Positions 37,209-51,447 of a DNA stretch of 64,000 nucleotides are shown piece after piece. Below the pieces are notes generated by a model. That model was not told the DNA's origin and ran no database searches. It worked only from the letters and a program-made list of their open reading frames with translations. Position 1 is the first letter of the stretch; each line of letters starts with the position of its first letter. Position numbers and translations under genes: made by a program. Source of the stretch: Dicyema japonicum (lineage: Eukaryota; Animalia; Dicyemida); contig RDEW01000023.1 in assembly GCA_011109175.1 (NCBI GenBank), positions 221,225 through 285,224 on the forward strand. Reading direction: 5' to 3'.

Positions 37209-38640
37209 TTAGTTAGCTGCCGCCCTCACTGCGTGGATGTGTTCTCTCTGAATTGCGAGCGAACTTCGCTCAAACAGCCAGCGGCGTTCGCGGAGATCTC
37301 CAGTGCATGAGGTGATCCGGTTTCCAAGACGTATTGTCATCCCGTTCGGTCGTTTCCCGTCACTTCTGCATAACCCGACCGGTTCAAGAATGGCCGAGTA
37401 TCCAGCAGCATCCATAACCTGCTTGACAATTTCATTCAGAGCCTTGTGCCTTGGAGATCTGCCAGCGCTCCTCTTGCAGGCGAGAGGGTGCAGGCCATAG
37501 CAGTCTATCAGAACACCACATCGGCACGGGTGAGGTACATATACTTTCAGTCCCAGCCGAAGAGAGATACCACTTCTAACGCATTCATTATCCAGAAAAG
37601 TGCCCAGAGCTCCATTTGGGATGGCGTTTAGCCAAGCTCCGCTCTCAGGGAAGTCCCCGAAAGCAAACAAGCGCGTTGATGCTGATTGGCCGATTCCAGT
37701 AGGAGTCCAAATGATTTCCGCACAATAAATTATCCAGGTTTCGCTGGCAGTCTTTTGAAGGAGGCAGAGGGAGGTTAGTGGCATTCCAGGCTTCGTGCGT
37801 TATGTCTTGGTCAATTGAGAATTTGGGTAGGGAGTGTAGAATCCTCCTGACCAAAGGTTCGCAGGCCGTGAGTGAAGACAGATGTGCAGGAAGTGAGACG
37901 TCCAAAGTACGACGGATTCCAAGACCCCAAATCTAACTGGAAGTGTAGCTTGCTTCCATGTAGCATCATCGAATTAGACATTAAATATTTGCACAGTCGA
38001 GCTTAGGAACGACAATTCAAAGTGCTCCAATTAGGAATAGTACGGGCTGTCCTGAGTAAATAGGCGATTCTCTGAATGTTAAGACTTCTTTTCATGAGGA
38101 ATAGTGCTGAATGTGACTCAAGAAGCTGTAATCTGTCCACGATTCGCATAGGAGTTGTTTTTTGTCAAGGAGGACATGCTTCATCGCATTCCTAGTGATC
38201 GGGGATCCAAGAAAAATCATTTCGTTTTCAGGGGTCAAAATCCCACCAGGAAACAAGGAGTAAAATTTTGGAAAAATTGAAGAGAAGTCATCGTCAGCAA
38301 GACCACAGTTTGTTTTTCACATTTCGTTGTATTCAATTCAAGACCCACCTGGACAACGCGGGGATGAGTACTTCCAATTCCTGGAAGACAATGTCGGAGG
38401 TACCTCCTAGGACAGCGTCATTGAGGTACCAGATGTTGAGTGGGAATCGAAAGAGCTTCGTAATCCTTTCAATTTTGAGGGAAAATAGTAGTGGTCCGAG
38501 GGGGGTCGCCTTGTTGAACACCTGAAGACGATGGAAGCATGAAATCTCCATGCAATAGAGATGTAGGCTTTCCATATGAATAATTGACCAGTTCAAATAT
38601 ATATGGACATCTTTCTTTGCAGAGACGGACATCTCTCAGG
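37209..38640 (-). mobile_element. CRE-like RT/RLE remnant
   Basis: PLGPLLF, WYLNDA, AWLNAIP, HPCRCG..HPLAC and LEPVGL..DGKRP motifs. Confidence 0.85.
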
Positions 38641-38739
38641 ACATCTTTCTCTGCTTAAAATAGAATTTAGATTTCAGGAAAAATTAAGATCAAAATGATC
38701 TGAATTTAAGTTTTCTAGCAGACTTTATACAATAAATAC

Positions 38740-38975
38740 ATGAAACATCTGAAATATGTTCCTGCTTTCCGTGTTCTCTTAGCGGGGCCTGGACATGCTG
38801 TATGCAGGAATCCTTTGGAAGATTCGCTAGTGTCATCTAGTCAACATCGCCGTGCCTATTTGTTGTCCGGGGTGTCTTCCGAGAGCGGTGCGTGGTTCAA
38901 CGCCGTTCCCAATGGAGTTTTGATTATCTTTCTGGATGATGAATTGAGATCTCATTACGATTGGGATTAAAAGTC
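38740..38975 (+). mobile_element. CRE-like fragment
   Basis: ESGAWFNAVPNG..FLDDE motif. Confidence 0.65.
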
Positions 38976-38989
38976 TTAGGATATCTGTT

Positions 38990-39690
38990 TGGAAAATCAG
39001 TGTACATCCAAAAATATCTTTGATGGTTATCGAAAGCTTGAATTGCCAGATGGTCAGATTGCAAATCTATTATATCTTATTGTATCTCGATCTGTGGAAG
39101 CTTTTACATTGAAGAGATCAATATATCGTGTTTGAAAATTGTTGTACATATTTTTAAGATGATATATGTGAACTTGTAAATCTTCTTCCTTAATAATATT
39201 TTGTATTTTCGATAAATTTTGAAATTGTGATAACTCGTTACGTTCGATACATTAAAGCTCAAGTCACAAAAAGCATTTCTTCAATAATTTCACTGCCATT
39301 CCAAAACCTTGCATATGCCATAAGGAGAGAACCGTTATCTGGCAATGTAGTTTCGTCTATCTGTAATGAAAAGTTTGTATTAGCAAGTGTATTAATTGAG
39401 ATTCGATTTCTTGTGCCATATTATCGTCCTTCTGGTAGATCTACTTAACGGAATTGAATATTTCATTTGAATCCACTTGAACTTTAGATATTATTATTTA
39501 TGTAGCAGGCCTAATTAGTGTTTCTCCAATATTATGATAATTCCTCGACTTGACAATAAATTTACATATTTTGTATGATTTGATTAAATAGAATGTGAAA
39601 TTTATTACCTAAATTCTGTTTTCGTCGATTTTCAATATAAACCTTTCAGTCTTTCACTGGAAACGGATGAAGAAGGTAGTATTGGGACGG
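38990..39690 (-). mobile_element. hAT (Buster/ZBED5-like) transposase remnant
   Basis: HNIGETLIRPA and FSLQIDETT..SLLMAYARF..IEEMLF motifs. Confidence 0.7.
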
Positions 39691-40330
39691 GTCAAAAATG
39701 CAAATCCAAGAATTTAAAATTTCCACAGTTTTCTTTTAGAATGGCACACAACCGATGTGAAAATTACTGGAACATTGGAAGCAGATAACAGGCATTGCTG
39801 ACAGTTGACTGCTTAGCTGGTTGTTTAGAGGAATAGACTATTACAAATATAGGAATTTCTACAAGTGGATAGTAGAACTTTGTGACCTCATACCATCAAC
39901 CAACGAAATTTATAAACACGTGTCAAATTAAATTTTTTCCATGACCACTGCTAAGCATAAAACAAACTAAGTGATCCCAAAAATTTAATCCATGCTTGGT
40001 ACTATACTCCATCCTTGATCATACACAAGATAGTTGGGGTTGGGTTGTCTCATGATCAGACCCTTCGCATTAGTACTGGGATCACTTTATTTTTATTTTT
40101 TGTAAAAAAATATCATAAAATATCAATTTATTTTAAAAATATATTTTTATAAATAAAAAAGGATAGTAAGTGCTCATATATTATTTGAATAACAATATTA
40201 GGAGAAAATTTTGTATTAAATTACAGACGACTATGATACAATGAAGATATGAATAATAAAGATTAATTTCAACAATGACGTAATAAGACAATCCATTATA
40301 AATAAATATACGCAATTTGAATAAACAGTT

Positions 40331-41439
40331 ATGTCATATCAGGAAATAAACATATCAAGTCATCATAATTTAATTTTCAGTTTATCGTGGAGAAAGTCTT
40401 ATTGGGAAAAGTCCCCATAGTACGTTAAAATACTCATTTCAGGTGAAGGACAGTTTTCCTGCATAATCAAACTTGGCTTCACAAAATTTATGACGTCTTC
40501 CATAACCTCCATTCAGAATTCTGTTTTATGGAATCAAACAAACGTGTTGTAAGTTGTCTTTATAATCTCAAGTCCAGTCAAAAAGGACAAACTAAACAAA
40601 ATAAAAATCAAACTTATTGACAGAGACCAGAAAGTAGCACATATTTCGATCGCCACAGCTCAGATTTCCTTTACGGAACCTATAAAGTATCTATTTATGT
40701 AATATTCAGGTTCTTCTCCTACGTCCTTATTCCATACCCAAAATACCCAAACAGTGGAGGAAAGTTATTGATGAAAATATGGAAGTCAACCACCCAAAGT
40801 TACAATCTGTCTTTTAAAAGCAAAAAAACACAATCAGACAAATTCAAAATGGGAGGTTCTAAGTCCTTGTATGAATTAGTAATGTATATTCTTATTGTAG
40901 CCAGTTCTGGTCCCCCAAGTCTTCTATATTGAGCCAAAAGTAATTAACCTTCACGAATGCTGTTCAATCAATATTTTTGGGAGGAATTTAGGCATTCATC
41001 CAAACGATGTGACTAACGTTCAGTTTGGAGATAAATCTATTATGGAATATATTACTACAAATCTTCATCTCTTCTAACAGCGATTATTCCAGAATATTCT
41101 GTGGTTTAATGGATTTGTTATTTCAAGTCTACTGGAGACGCAGAAATTATAGTTACAACAAAAAGAGGTGGTAGAGGGACATGTCTTGCCTTAATAAACG
41201 TAATTGACTCTATTGAAAGAACAGAATTAGTAAAGAAAATGGATGATTCCGTAGATATTCCTGAGTCCATGGATGATATGAAATCAAAAATAATAGGTTT
41301 AGGTGTTATTAATAACTCAGATCTAAATTCAAAGCTAAAAGTAGAAAAACGTGCATTTTATGACCTTAAACTAAAATTTGATGAGATCTTAGACCAAATC
41401 ATTCTTATGTGTCCCCAAATATTACAAGTTATGGATTAA
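40331..41439 (+). CDS. Class I Rab11-FIP-like protein (N-terminal C2 + C-terminal FIP-RBD-like)
   Basis: Splicing 22-24 nt introns gives a C2-like region: MSYQEINISIYRGESLIGK..CIIKLGFTKFMTS..VLWNQTNVF..KIKLIDRD..GKLLMKI. The C-terminus LKLKFDEILDQIILMCPQILQV resembles the YID.LL..IM...P.IL.V RBD. Middle exons are not fully resolved. Confidence 0.68.
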
Positions 41440-41825
41440 AGCTTTTTATTTTTGTTTATTCAGTCCTATAAAATGATTAAATTTGATTATTATGTGGTAA
41501 GGGGCAATAAAGACTAGGGGCTATAAAAAACTATATTTGTGTTATTAAATCGATGTCTATTTTTAAATATTCTAATGACATAATAATGCTTTTTACGAAT
41601 AGCCATATTAGCTTCTCCCAGGTAGGCCACGCACTATATTTTTAATATAGACATAATCATAAATAATCGATGAGGGAGAACCAAGGAATGATATTCATTT
41701 CTTTATGCTGGGTGTGAGTCCTTTTGTAGACGATCCGGTTCCGCAGTGAAATGTTCACTGATGGCGTCAATTGTCAAGCTTTCAATTCATCAAATATATT
41801 AAACTGTAGAAATAAAATTAAAATG

Positions 41826-43853
41826 AGATTATCTCGAAATTATGGATTATTTTAATAAACAAGAAAATACTAAATAATAAGGCCACTAATAATAATGTTA
41901 AACTAATTAATATTCGGTAACTCTATATTGTTTATTATCTCTTTGCTTCACATCCTTCACTTTCCAAATAAAAATAAGGACAATTGACTAAAATTATTTA
42001 AATAATATAACTGTTAACACTGAAACTGATAAAAATGACATTTTAATAGTATATGAATATGAATCTACATACTTCAGTACAACAGATGCACATGTCTAAC
42101 AATATTTTACATAAATACTGAATTGAATGGTTTGCCTGTCTGACAATTCTGATTTTCGCAACAGGAAGGAGTAGTAACGTTGTATATATCAGATTCATTA
42201 TAACCACAACATTTGTACTAAAATTATTAAATTAAACAACTGTTGATTGAAATTTGTCCAATTCGTAACTTAAATCTTCATTATTTACGAGTTCTTTCAA
42301 TCCAATGAAAATATAGTCTGTCAATTTACGTTTGAAGGCAAGTAAATTAATTGTTATTGATAAACTTGCTACCAATAAAATCCCAAGCAAAATACAATAC
42401 TACGATTTGAAAATAATATAACTATTATTCTTGTACAATTATTATTTGTACGAATCCAACAGATTCCAACCCCTGATAAAATTAAGCAGAAGAAAGCAAT
42501 GAAATAAAGCACGACTTGGAACAGTTGAATCACAATACTTACGTTTTTAAGTTCATAGAATTCTTTTAAAAATACAAAATAATACGTAGTGGCAACCATA
42601 GACCCAATTCCAAATATCTTTATTTAATATTATTTAATACCAGAAAAATGGTTACTATTATACTACTTGTTAAATCTACTAAAAACACAGAATAAGCCAT
42701 CTATTAATATTTTAATAATTATTTTATTTACTTTAGGTTAACCAAAATTAATTTTATAAAAACATATATTTTAACAATCAATTTCATCCATCTATTTATA
42801 TAAAAAATAATCAAGAGAAATGATCAAGTATGCACCAGGAGACAACCCTTATTACAAAGATTTTCGATAAGGTATTTGAGACGCATTCCCCCTTGAAACT
42901 TGGTGATGGAATTTTGATTCCTCTGCATAAACCAGGAAGGAGCATTTGACCGATAAAAATCTAAGACCTGTGATATTACTGGGAACATTGAGAAAGATAC
43001 TATCTCTGATAACTATTAGTCGGATATCTTCTGATGTTTATGAATTTTTGTCGCCAGGACACAGTTGAGAAAGGAACGCTCGACCGCAGATGCTGTTTGG
43101 TCCCACAGGTGGATATGTTCCATGTGTTAATGATACAGGAGTGATTTTAAGATTTTGGGAGTGGACATGTTCTGTGCGTTTGACACTGTCAACAGAAAAA
43201 CATTGTGGACGTTGCTGGGAGTTTTCTTGATGAGGATAACACAAGAATTGTCCGTTTCCTATTATCAAACACTGAATTAACTGTACGAATTAAGAACACA
43301 ACATCGAAGCCTTTCGGACAACAGTTGGAATACCTCAGGGGACTCTCTATCTCCGGTTCTATTCGTCGAGTACCTAAAAGCGGCATTGAGAGCTCTTAGA
43401 ACAAAATGTGAAGGATGCATGCCGATAATTATATATGCAGATGACATAGATTTTGTGTCAGAAAATGATTTGGAACTTGGACTTGCTTTAGAGAAAATCC
43501 CTGGAGAATTTAATAATTGGTCTCTTCGAGTTAATCAGGAAAAGACTGAACACATAAGAATCACAAGGGAATTAAAATATATTGATGAAAATTGGAGGAA
43601 AAAAAGGAAATTGGGATCCTTACTTGGTGATAGTGAGGACATGATGTTTAAGAGTTATAGCCACTGCCATGTATAAGAAAATGCAGAAGATATGGAGTCG
43701 ACGAAAACTAATAAAAACAAATGTAAGAATAAGACTATATAACTCATATATAAAGCCGCTGCTTATGTACAACTTGGGTACATGGGGGTCACAGAGTAGA
43801 GCTCAAGAAAATGGATATATTACATCGAAAACAATTAAAATTTAATGGGCCTA
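41826..43853. repeat. Segmental duplication, copy 2 of 2492-4516
   Basis: Direct sequence match in the same orientation. Confidence 0.95.
41907..42700 (-). CDS. Tetraspanin, second copy
   Basis: Appears identical by eye to 2573-3366, including introns. Confidence 0.9.
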
Positions 43854-44250
43854 GGTTGGCCCAATAAGATTTCAAATAAGAAATTATACTTTGTGGAACA
43901 ATCGAGGCCAATAACAATATTTAATCAAGATGGAGACTGTTTGAGCACATGCTTAGAATAGACATAAACGACCCTGCAAATATAATAATGGACAATTACT
44001 TTAACAATGAGAACAAACCATCGTTCAGAGGAAGGCTCAGAGTCACTCTACCCGTAGCTCTGAACAAGGATCTTGATGGAATTGGAAGAAAATTTAAATC
44101 TGTAGAAGACCTAGAAGATCTAAGGACAGATGCAAAGCAGAGGGCGATGGAGATGCCTAATGAAGCAGATTTTGAAACGTTTGGGCACAAACGGGACCTT
44201 AGTTAATATAATGTTCTTTGGTTCTGTAAAAGTGCTTTTAATAATAATAT
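42812..44250 (+). mobile_element. 5'-truncated RTE-like LINE with (TAA)n tail
   Basis: YADDID, RIRLYNSYIKP and FRGRLRVTLP motifs. Ends in TAATAATAAT near 44240-44250. Confidence 0.85.
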
Positions 44251-44829
44251 TTATAAAAGAAAAAAAGAAATAAAAGAGAATATTCTTATTCCTTGTCGGT
44301 CTGGGATCTCTTAGCTTGTTGAGAACTTTGAATTCTTTTTCTTAGACCCAGTTATCCTGTGAGTAATAATAATAGACATACTACCTTCATAAAAGTGTAA
44401 AAAGTGCCGGGAAAATGGCCTGATGGCCACTAGTTTGAATATCGCAGCCTTACATTCTTGCTCAAAGGTCCACAAATCTAAGATGACGCAGTCATTTGTG
44501 AGAATATCACTGCTGAACCTGATCGTACATAAAGGAATCACACGCAACAAAAAAAAATGAGAAGAGGATTCCAATGTTTTCCCTCTACGGTTAGTTATAA
44601 CTTTACTTAAATAAAGTGTTTGTCTTGCCTTAGTCGAGCTATAGCTAATATGGCTCTGCGTAAAGTGAAATATTATTAATATTATACCTCACCATAGACT
44701 TTTTTGTAGACACAAGAGGAGATACTTCCGGAAAGAGGTAAAGTTTCTTGATCCGATGGAGAAGTTCGCATAATTCGATTGGAACATACTTCTGATGGCT
44801 AGTGAAGTATTTACAAATAGTAATTAATT

Positions 44830-45720
44830 TGTTGTGATTATGCCTGTTGTGAGAAAAGCACATAAAATAATGTTCCCATTTTAAGTGAAAATGTACCAGC
44901 CAAGTCTTCTGAGATGTGTTCATCCTGTCGGCTAGGCAGAACTCGGATGCATGGGATCTCCTGTTCTGCTTGTGGAGATTTCTTCCACCTCGAGTGTATC
45001 AAGCTATCCCAAGCCACAGCGAGCGTGCTGGAATATGGCACTGCCAGTCATGCCTTGGACTATGCAGGAAGGTTCCCAGTGCAAGCGCCAATGTTAACTC
45101 TCCCATTAATTACAATCAACCACGGACTTCTAAGATTTTTTACGTCTCATTTCTGAGTTACGTTCTTCACAGACTATCCTCGTGAAGATCCCCAAGCCTA
45201 TACGACCTGTGGCTCGGAGGTCCTTTCTCAAACGATTGAAGATGCTTTCCGGACTAACACAGTACAGGATTCGATGCGCCTATTAAATTTTGCACTTTCC
45301 GCACTAAGACTTGATCGAGAATGTCTCAAAAGGAGTCTCTCGCTTCCACTATGAAGGACAACATTCGTTCTTTTATTAGAGGAACCCACATAATCAGTTG
45401 CCTCACAGCTTCTAATCGTAGGCTGGAGACTTGTGGTCCAAATGAGGAATTAGAAGTGCTCCGTCTCAAGAGAACTGTTCGGTAGAAGTGCATCGAAGGT
45501 GGTACCCGCAGTCACATGGGCGCTTTCGTCAAGTGGACCGCGAAAACCAACTCCTGACGCCTACAACATTCTAGTGACAAGTAATACAATATTCTGCTGA
45601 ACAAGACTCGGATGGTTTGGAATTCGCAGCCCTATAGACGTTTATATCTCTGCATATCTCTCGTCGCTAATGGGCTTTAACCTGCCTTCCGCGTTCTCTC
45701 AGTGGGGCCTGGACGATACT
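44830..45720 (+). mobile_element. 5' portion of PHD-bearing CRE-like element
   Basis: CSSC..CSAC..FHLEC..WHCQSC followed by VKIPK; homologous to the 5' ORF at 8626-9468. Confidence 0.7.
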
Positions 45721-46069
45721 GTATGCCGGTCATTAAACCGAACTACTAATAGTCTAATTCAGATCATAATTTAATTTCTTATAGGATTTAGAAAAATCTC
45801 CTCATCCCTTCTAACGAAAAGTCACCAATAACGCTTTTCACTAAAGACTGTCGTTAGTACAAATTGGAACCAACTTTGTTTCTAAACACAGTTCTATTTC
45901 CTGTGATTAAAAACCCTAAAATACTGGGTTTTATATGTGATACTTTATTATCAATTTCAAAACATGTATATATTCAAAAAATCTCAGAATCTCAACTTTA
46001 TCCATGTCTTAGAAATTACGTCATTTGGTCAGAGCAAGAGAGTTTGACGATTATCTTCATAAAATTTAG

Positions 46070-46260
46070 TCACTGTGAGCATTCTGCTACAACGTGTAAC
46101 CAAATGATCCACTGATTTCTTAGCCTTCTTGTGATGACTACAAACTGAATCATTGGTATCAAAAAACAAGTTCCTATCCTGAAATAAACAATACATTCCC
46201 TCAGATCTCAGGCTATTATTTTTACTGGTTAACCACTCAGAATTCAATCAAAGTAATTTC
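46070..46260 (-). mobile_element. R4/Dong-like fragment
   Basis: FQDRNLF..CSH..KSVDHLVTRCSRML zinc motif. Confidence 0.7.
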
Positions 46261-46789
46261 ATGTCATAAATAAAAAACAAATGATTAATGGAATATGTCA
46301 ACATCCACTTGGTCGATTTGAAGTTTAGGTGACTTAGAATCAAGGATCCTTCTCAGTGAGTCCAAATAGTTTTGAAGATAATGAATCCCCTCGCAAAATT
46401 AAACGACTCAGTTTGATTAAAGTGGACTTGTTTACTACAATCTTCATAAAATTAACCATCCACGGAGGAATCCCTAATAATCCAACAAATGAAATAAACA
46501 ATCGTTATTGTTAGATTTTTTTACATCAATCAATTACCAAACTCCTTATACAATGATTAATAAGGGCATTTTCCTTCAGATTGCTTTATAAGTTTATTAA
46601 ATTAATCACATTCACAAAATCAGTGAGATTAATATTCACACACAAGTTTATACAGTGTAGGATGAGACACAAGCTTTAGAACAGAGATTTTTAAGAATTT
46701 TTGGGCCAAATCAATAAATTATTTTAAACTTAATAAATAAAAGAAAGCAAAAGTAAATTTATAAACCATTAATCAATTAACTCTTTAGA

Positions 46790-47405
46790 GTACAATAGAA
46801 GATGTCGAGGTCCTTAACAACTTACTTAGATGCATATCTGTCAGTTTATTGCAGTATTTGTTATTTGTTTCAACCATTTTGTTGAAAATGGATTCTTATA
46901 CATAAGTTGATCCGAACATTGGAGTATTGATGTATGCATTATTCACAAGATTTTTTCTTTGGGTAGAGATTGTTAAAATTCGATAAGAGAAGTGTTGTTG
47001 AATCAAGCTTTCAACTGTAAATCGGCTGTCAATTCAGTCAATTCCATTTGAATTGTACAGGAGATTCTTCAATTTTGACATTAAAGGGCGTTGCAAATAT
47101 TTTCATTAAGTGTAATTTATTTTTAAAATTCTAAATATTTGTAAATGAACCCCAAATTGGTAAATTAAGTCGCCGATTATTGATATATACTTTTCATACG
47201 AAGCACTTTATTTTCAGATAGCAAAGTGACATGTATCTCTATTCGAAAGTTGAATCTTCCATAAATATAATTTTTTGAGCAAAGACGATATAAATATATA
47301 ATTGATAACAAAGTTTGTCTTTTCCTTGTTCGAAAATTCAAAAGATGTAATGACAGATCTACAAAAAAGGCCAAATTAGCAACCCATTTTCGATCATACA
47401 GTTGA
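46790..47405 (-). mobile_element. hAT transposase C-terminal remnant
   Basis: WVANLAFFVDLSLHL and MFGSTYV.ESIF.KM...LTDMHL motifs. Confidence 0.7.
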
Positions 47406-47493
47406 GGATAATTAATTTTATTATTAAAATAGTTTTATTATTAAAATAGTTTTAATAATAAAATTAAAAAATAATTTGAAATAATAAATTTTA

Positions 47494-48010
47494 ATGTTTA
47501 TCCAATCAATAATAATATTTTTATTATTCCTGCAAAATACTGAATCATATTCATTATTCAACTACCGATGTCAATGCACATGCCAAGTTTGGGAGATTGA
47601 CAGAATAACGACGATGTATTACTCTCTTTTAAACGTTACTTTCAATAAATGGTATTTATTTGTGGTTAACAATAGTTTGTGCCGAAATGTGCTTCCCTAT
47701 TCATCACAAGAATTTTGTTCTAAATGTCATTGCATTTTCGAAAAAAGAAATATTAAACTATTTCAGAGTGCCCCTGTCATTTTTCTGTTGGGGTCATCCA
47801 TTTTAGGAATTTATATGGTGTTCCTTTATATTAAAACTAAATATGGAAATAAAACTTCTCAGTTTGAATTAGAATTTGTTTTCCCATGTTCTGGCTTTAT
47901 TTTAGAAACAAAATCTTCCAAATTTTGATGAGGCCATAGAGAAAAAGCAACAAATGTGGAGAGACAATATCGACCAGCAACAAAAGACGATATATGAAAA
48001 TTCCAATTAG
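47494..48010 (+). CDS. TMEM9: TMEM9 family protein, 3 exons
   Basis: Signal peptide, RCQCTC, CLC, FCSKCHC.FEKR, a TM segment and KQQMWRDNIDQQQKTIY. Introns at 47652-47675 (24 nt) and 47878-47905 (28 nt). Confidence 0.85.
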
Positions 48011-48059
48011 CAACAATTTAGTTAAAAATACACTTTTAGTTTATTAATATTCTTGATTA

Positions 48060-49450
48060 ATAAAAAATATGACTGATTATAATTCGTGGGGAAAATTCCG
48101 ACAAAAGGAAAAGGTGGGAACAAAGAGAGAAAAATTCAGTAATAGAGATAAACCGGCAGCAAAGTCTAAAGCAAAGAAGGGGGTTGAAATATCCACCAAT
48201 GAACTATGTGGAGATGTTGTGTCGGAACAAGCTGTTTCGTCTACCTTGATCTATCATTCACTTGTAGTGAAATTAAAAACATATGGACGCTGTGTCGATG
48301 ATTTTGAGTTGAACGCCATTTGGTATTGATGCACATGTTTTACCACTTCCGTCCAATATCCTTCACTGGTGTTGTGAAGGGAATCCCTTCTTGGGTCTCA
48401 GATAATGACTTGAATCTTTATCGTTCAGAAACTTTACATCAGGTTTCTCTTTCAAACATTTCATGAAGGACGGACGCCAATTCCTGTTGGAAAATTAATT
48501 TTAAAGTCTAGAGTGGAAGTCATCTCACTTGTGAGACTGGGGATGGTATATGGGTTCCAGAAAGTTCGTTTTAAAAAGTACAGGAAACCTGTAACTAAGT
48601 GCTACCGATGCCAAAAATTCGGGCACATTGCGAATTTCTGCAAAAAAAAGTGCTTAATTTGTGGTGGAGAGCACAATTATGAACTCTTGTTTGGCTAAGA
48701 AAATGAAAAGGAAATGCACTGAGGACAATTGGTCATTTTGGCTTGTTATGGTGGTTGCTCTTCAGCAAAGCTGCCTTTGAAGAAAGAAGAAAAAAGACAT
48801 GATTAAGGTGTTTTGACCCGTTAAGTGGGTTTAGCTGAGGCTGTTGAAAGTATTTTGGGAAAATCTACACGCCTTATAAAATGTGATTTTTCAACCAAAA
48901 TGCTCGAAAAAGTCAGCTGTGCTATTAACCGAATTTCTTACGATACAAACATTTTTTCCAATAATATAACAAAGGGAATACTGTCAGTACTCATAATATG
49001 GTGTAAGGTCCAGTTGCAGACTTTGAATAATAAATGCTGTTGACAAACTAGTTGGTATTTTTCCGAAAGAGGACTTGACCTCTTTTTGGAGAGGCAGAGG
49101 TTCTACAAACATGAAGTCTATGAACTCCAGATCATTAAAGAGAAGGATTTCTGAGATATCACCAACCACGCTGCATATTAATTGTTAATGAAACGAAATT
49201 AAAGTGAGGATAATTTTCAACATTCGGAATATTGTTACTTTGACATTAAACGAAAGTCTGACTGAGGGAACGAGTACATCTTCTACAGACTAACTCTAAG
49301 GGTTCGTAATCATTTTCCAAGAAATGTGTGAGTTTGTTTCCCTGGACGTTCGAGTGGAAAAAATGTGCATAAAAATTGGAGGAATATATTCTAAAAAATT
49401 ATCTTCGTATCCTTATCTTATCGAGAATTTTTTTTTCATGATTAAAATCC
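48060..49450 (+). mobile_element. LINE ORF1 (CCHC zinc knuckles) and start of APE, degenerate
   Basis: CYRCQKFGHIANFC..CLICGGEH and LIVNETKL. Paralogous to 54230-56095. Confidence 0.75.
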
Positions 49451-49578
49451 ACCTTTCTCGACTAAAATGAAAGATACCTCGTTTGGTTGTTTGGGCCAAA
49501 CAGAGACGGCCTTGTTTTGAAGGATATGTCTGTGTTTTCTGGATTTTCCGTTGTGACGTACTCGACTTAGAATCACTA

Positions 49579-49750
49579 CAGTCCGACCCCGAATTGGGCA
49601 GACCCCAGGGGTGGGGCACCCTCGAATTTTGGGGCATTTTTTTATTGCCAACATTTTGGCAGAGTAAAATGGAAAATCGATAAAAAATATGGAAATTTTG
49701 GGGCACTATAAAATTGTGGGAATGAAATTATAAGTAAATAAAATTATATT
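49579..49750 (+). mobile_element. Tigger family 2 left end
   Basis: TA-CAGTCCGACCCCGAATTGGG. Matches 18302 and is the inverse of 54152-54171. Confidence 0.85.
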
Positions 49751-49924
49751 TTTATTAATAAATATATAATTTTAATTTACACGTTTATTTACATTTTTTG
49801 TTGTGAATGGTTATTAACTACGAAACAAAATTAACGATTGCTAGTTAGTTTTGACCTATCTTTCCTGGTGGCTTGGGGTTAAATTAAAAAAAATAAAAAT
49901 GTTATAAAATCACAAATGACAAAG

Positions 49925-50010
49925 AGTCGCAGTGTAATGGTTGCCGGGCAAGAGGCCTGAATTCAATTCCGATACGGTACATTTCGGTTGAAGGTTCCAC
50001 GCATCAATGT
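49925..50010 (+). mobile_element. Degenerate copy of the tRNA-headed SINE
   Basis: A/B-box remnants and GTTCCACGCATC shared with 12911-12922. Confidence 0.5.
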
Positions 50011-50499
50011 GCTTTGGCGTGACCAGTGAATAAATTTAAATTGTAAATTATAAAGAAAATTTTGCTATTTCGTGCCAGCGGTTAGCTAATAGATTCTCAA
50101 ACTTGTTTCGAAATATGATATCGAGAAAAATAATAAATAGTTTTTTACCAAAGAAAGAAACTAATTTTGAAAGATTCTAAAAAATATCAACCGTTTTTTA
50201 AAGCTGCACACAACCCAAAGTTTCCAGAGCTCAATTTTGATATTCACATCAATAATGAATAAAAACGAGTTTTACTATTGATTGACAGCTGCCATGCACA
50301 TTGTGTCTAGCCAAACATGGTATATATAAAAATATTGTTTCTTCTTAAAAATAAAAGTCAAACTACCAAATGGAGAGTAATCTTAAACTTAAACATGGAG
50401 AGGATTGGAACAGTATAATTATTATTATTATTACCCCCAGGATCACTGGGTCAGAGAAAGAAATAAAAGTTCTCATCTAACTAAGTGATCCCAGACCGA

Positions 50500-51200
50500 C
50501 AAAGGTGAGGACAAGTCCGGCGGGGTCGAGAATCCTAAACAGCTCTTCTCATTGGACATGGCATCGGCTCAAAATTTCTGTATGATTGTAGATAATTCGA
50601 TACTATTTGGAATGGAGGGCAGCTCGATAGAATAGCCTCCTTTAATAGTTTCCGTTGTAGTTCGATTAAAAAGTTTTCAATGGGTTGGATATTGTGATCT
50701 GGTCCAATTAACTTTATTGCAGTCTCCTCGATATAAAAGTGGAATTAAAACGTGGAATATTGGAAGGAGGCTCTTTGTCCCCCTCAATTTTTTGTTTTAT
50801 TAATGGATCCGGTGAGCAAATTCCTGAACAAGTTTCCAAAATTATCTATTTGTCGAATTGACCCGTCAGTAGTAGCGTATTCAACAAACTATTTATTGTC
50901 TATCAATAATCAGGAGATACTTGCGAAGAAAAAAGATACGATGGTTAAAATGGTGGAATTGATGATTATTTTGTTGTTGTCGGCCACAAGAGAAGTTATG
51001 AAAAGTAGGCAACCAATATTGAATCCATGAATGAAGTGAAATGTCTCAATGGACACGAAATCTATCGGTACCTCGGTGTTTTAGAGAACGAAAGTAATGT
51101 CATAATACATGAAGTCTTAAACACTATTGCTGAAAATGTGAGAATTATAGCATTGATAAAGAGCTCAATGCTGTAAACCTGTTTAAAGAAATCCTTTACG
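50500..51200 (+). mobile_element. R4/Dong-like RT remnant
   Basis: KRGILEGGSLSP, FVLLMDP, YRYLGVLE and LNAVNLFK motifs. Confidence 0.65.
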
Positions 51201-51447
51201 CGTCGAGCGAGGCGAGTGGAAGAGCAGGCCAGTACTCATTAAGAGCAGACCAGTCAGCAGGCCAGACAGCGGACCCACAGTCTGGGGAAGAAAAAAGTCA
51301 GGTGGCTGGTAAGAAGGATATGTTAGTTTAGTCTAATCATAGTTAACTTAATTTATCTAATTTAATACAAAACTAGACACCTAAGGAAGACCTGTCGCAA
51401 GTTGCGATTATTTGACAAACGACGGTGCTTAATAGCCTAATATAGAT

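Noticed and set aside
46285-46700. Possible small host gene
   Set aside because: No consistent spliced frame or recognisable homology could be built.
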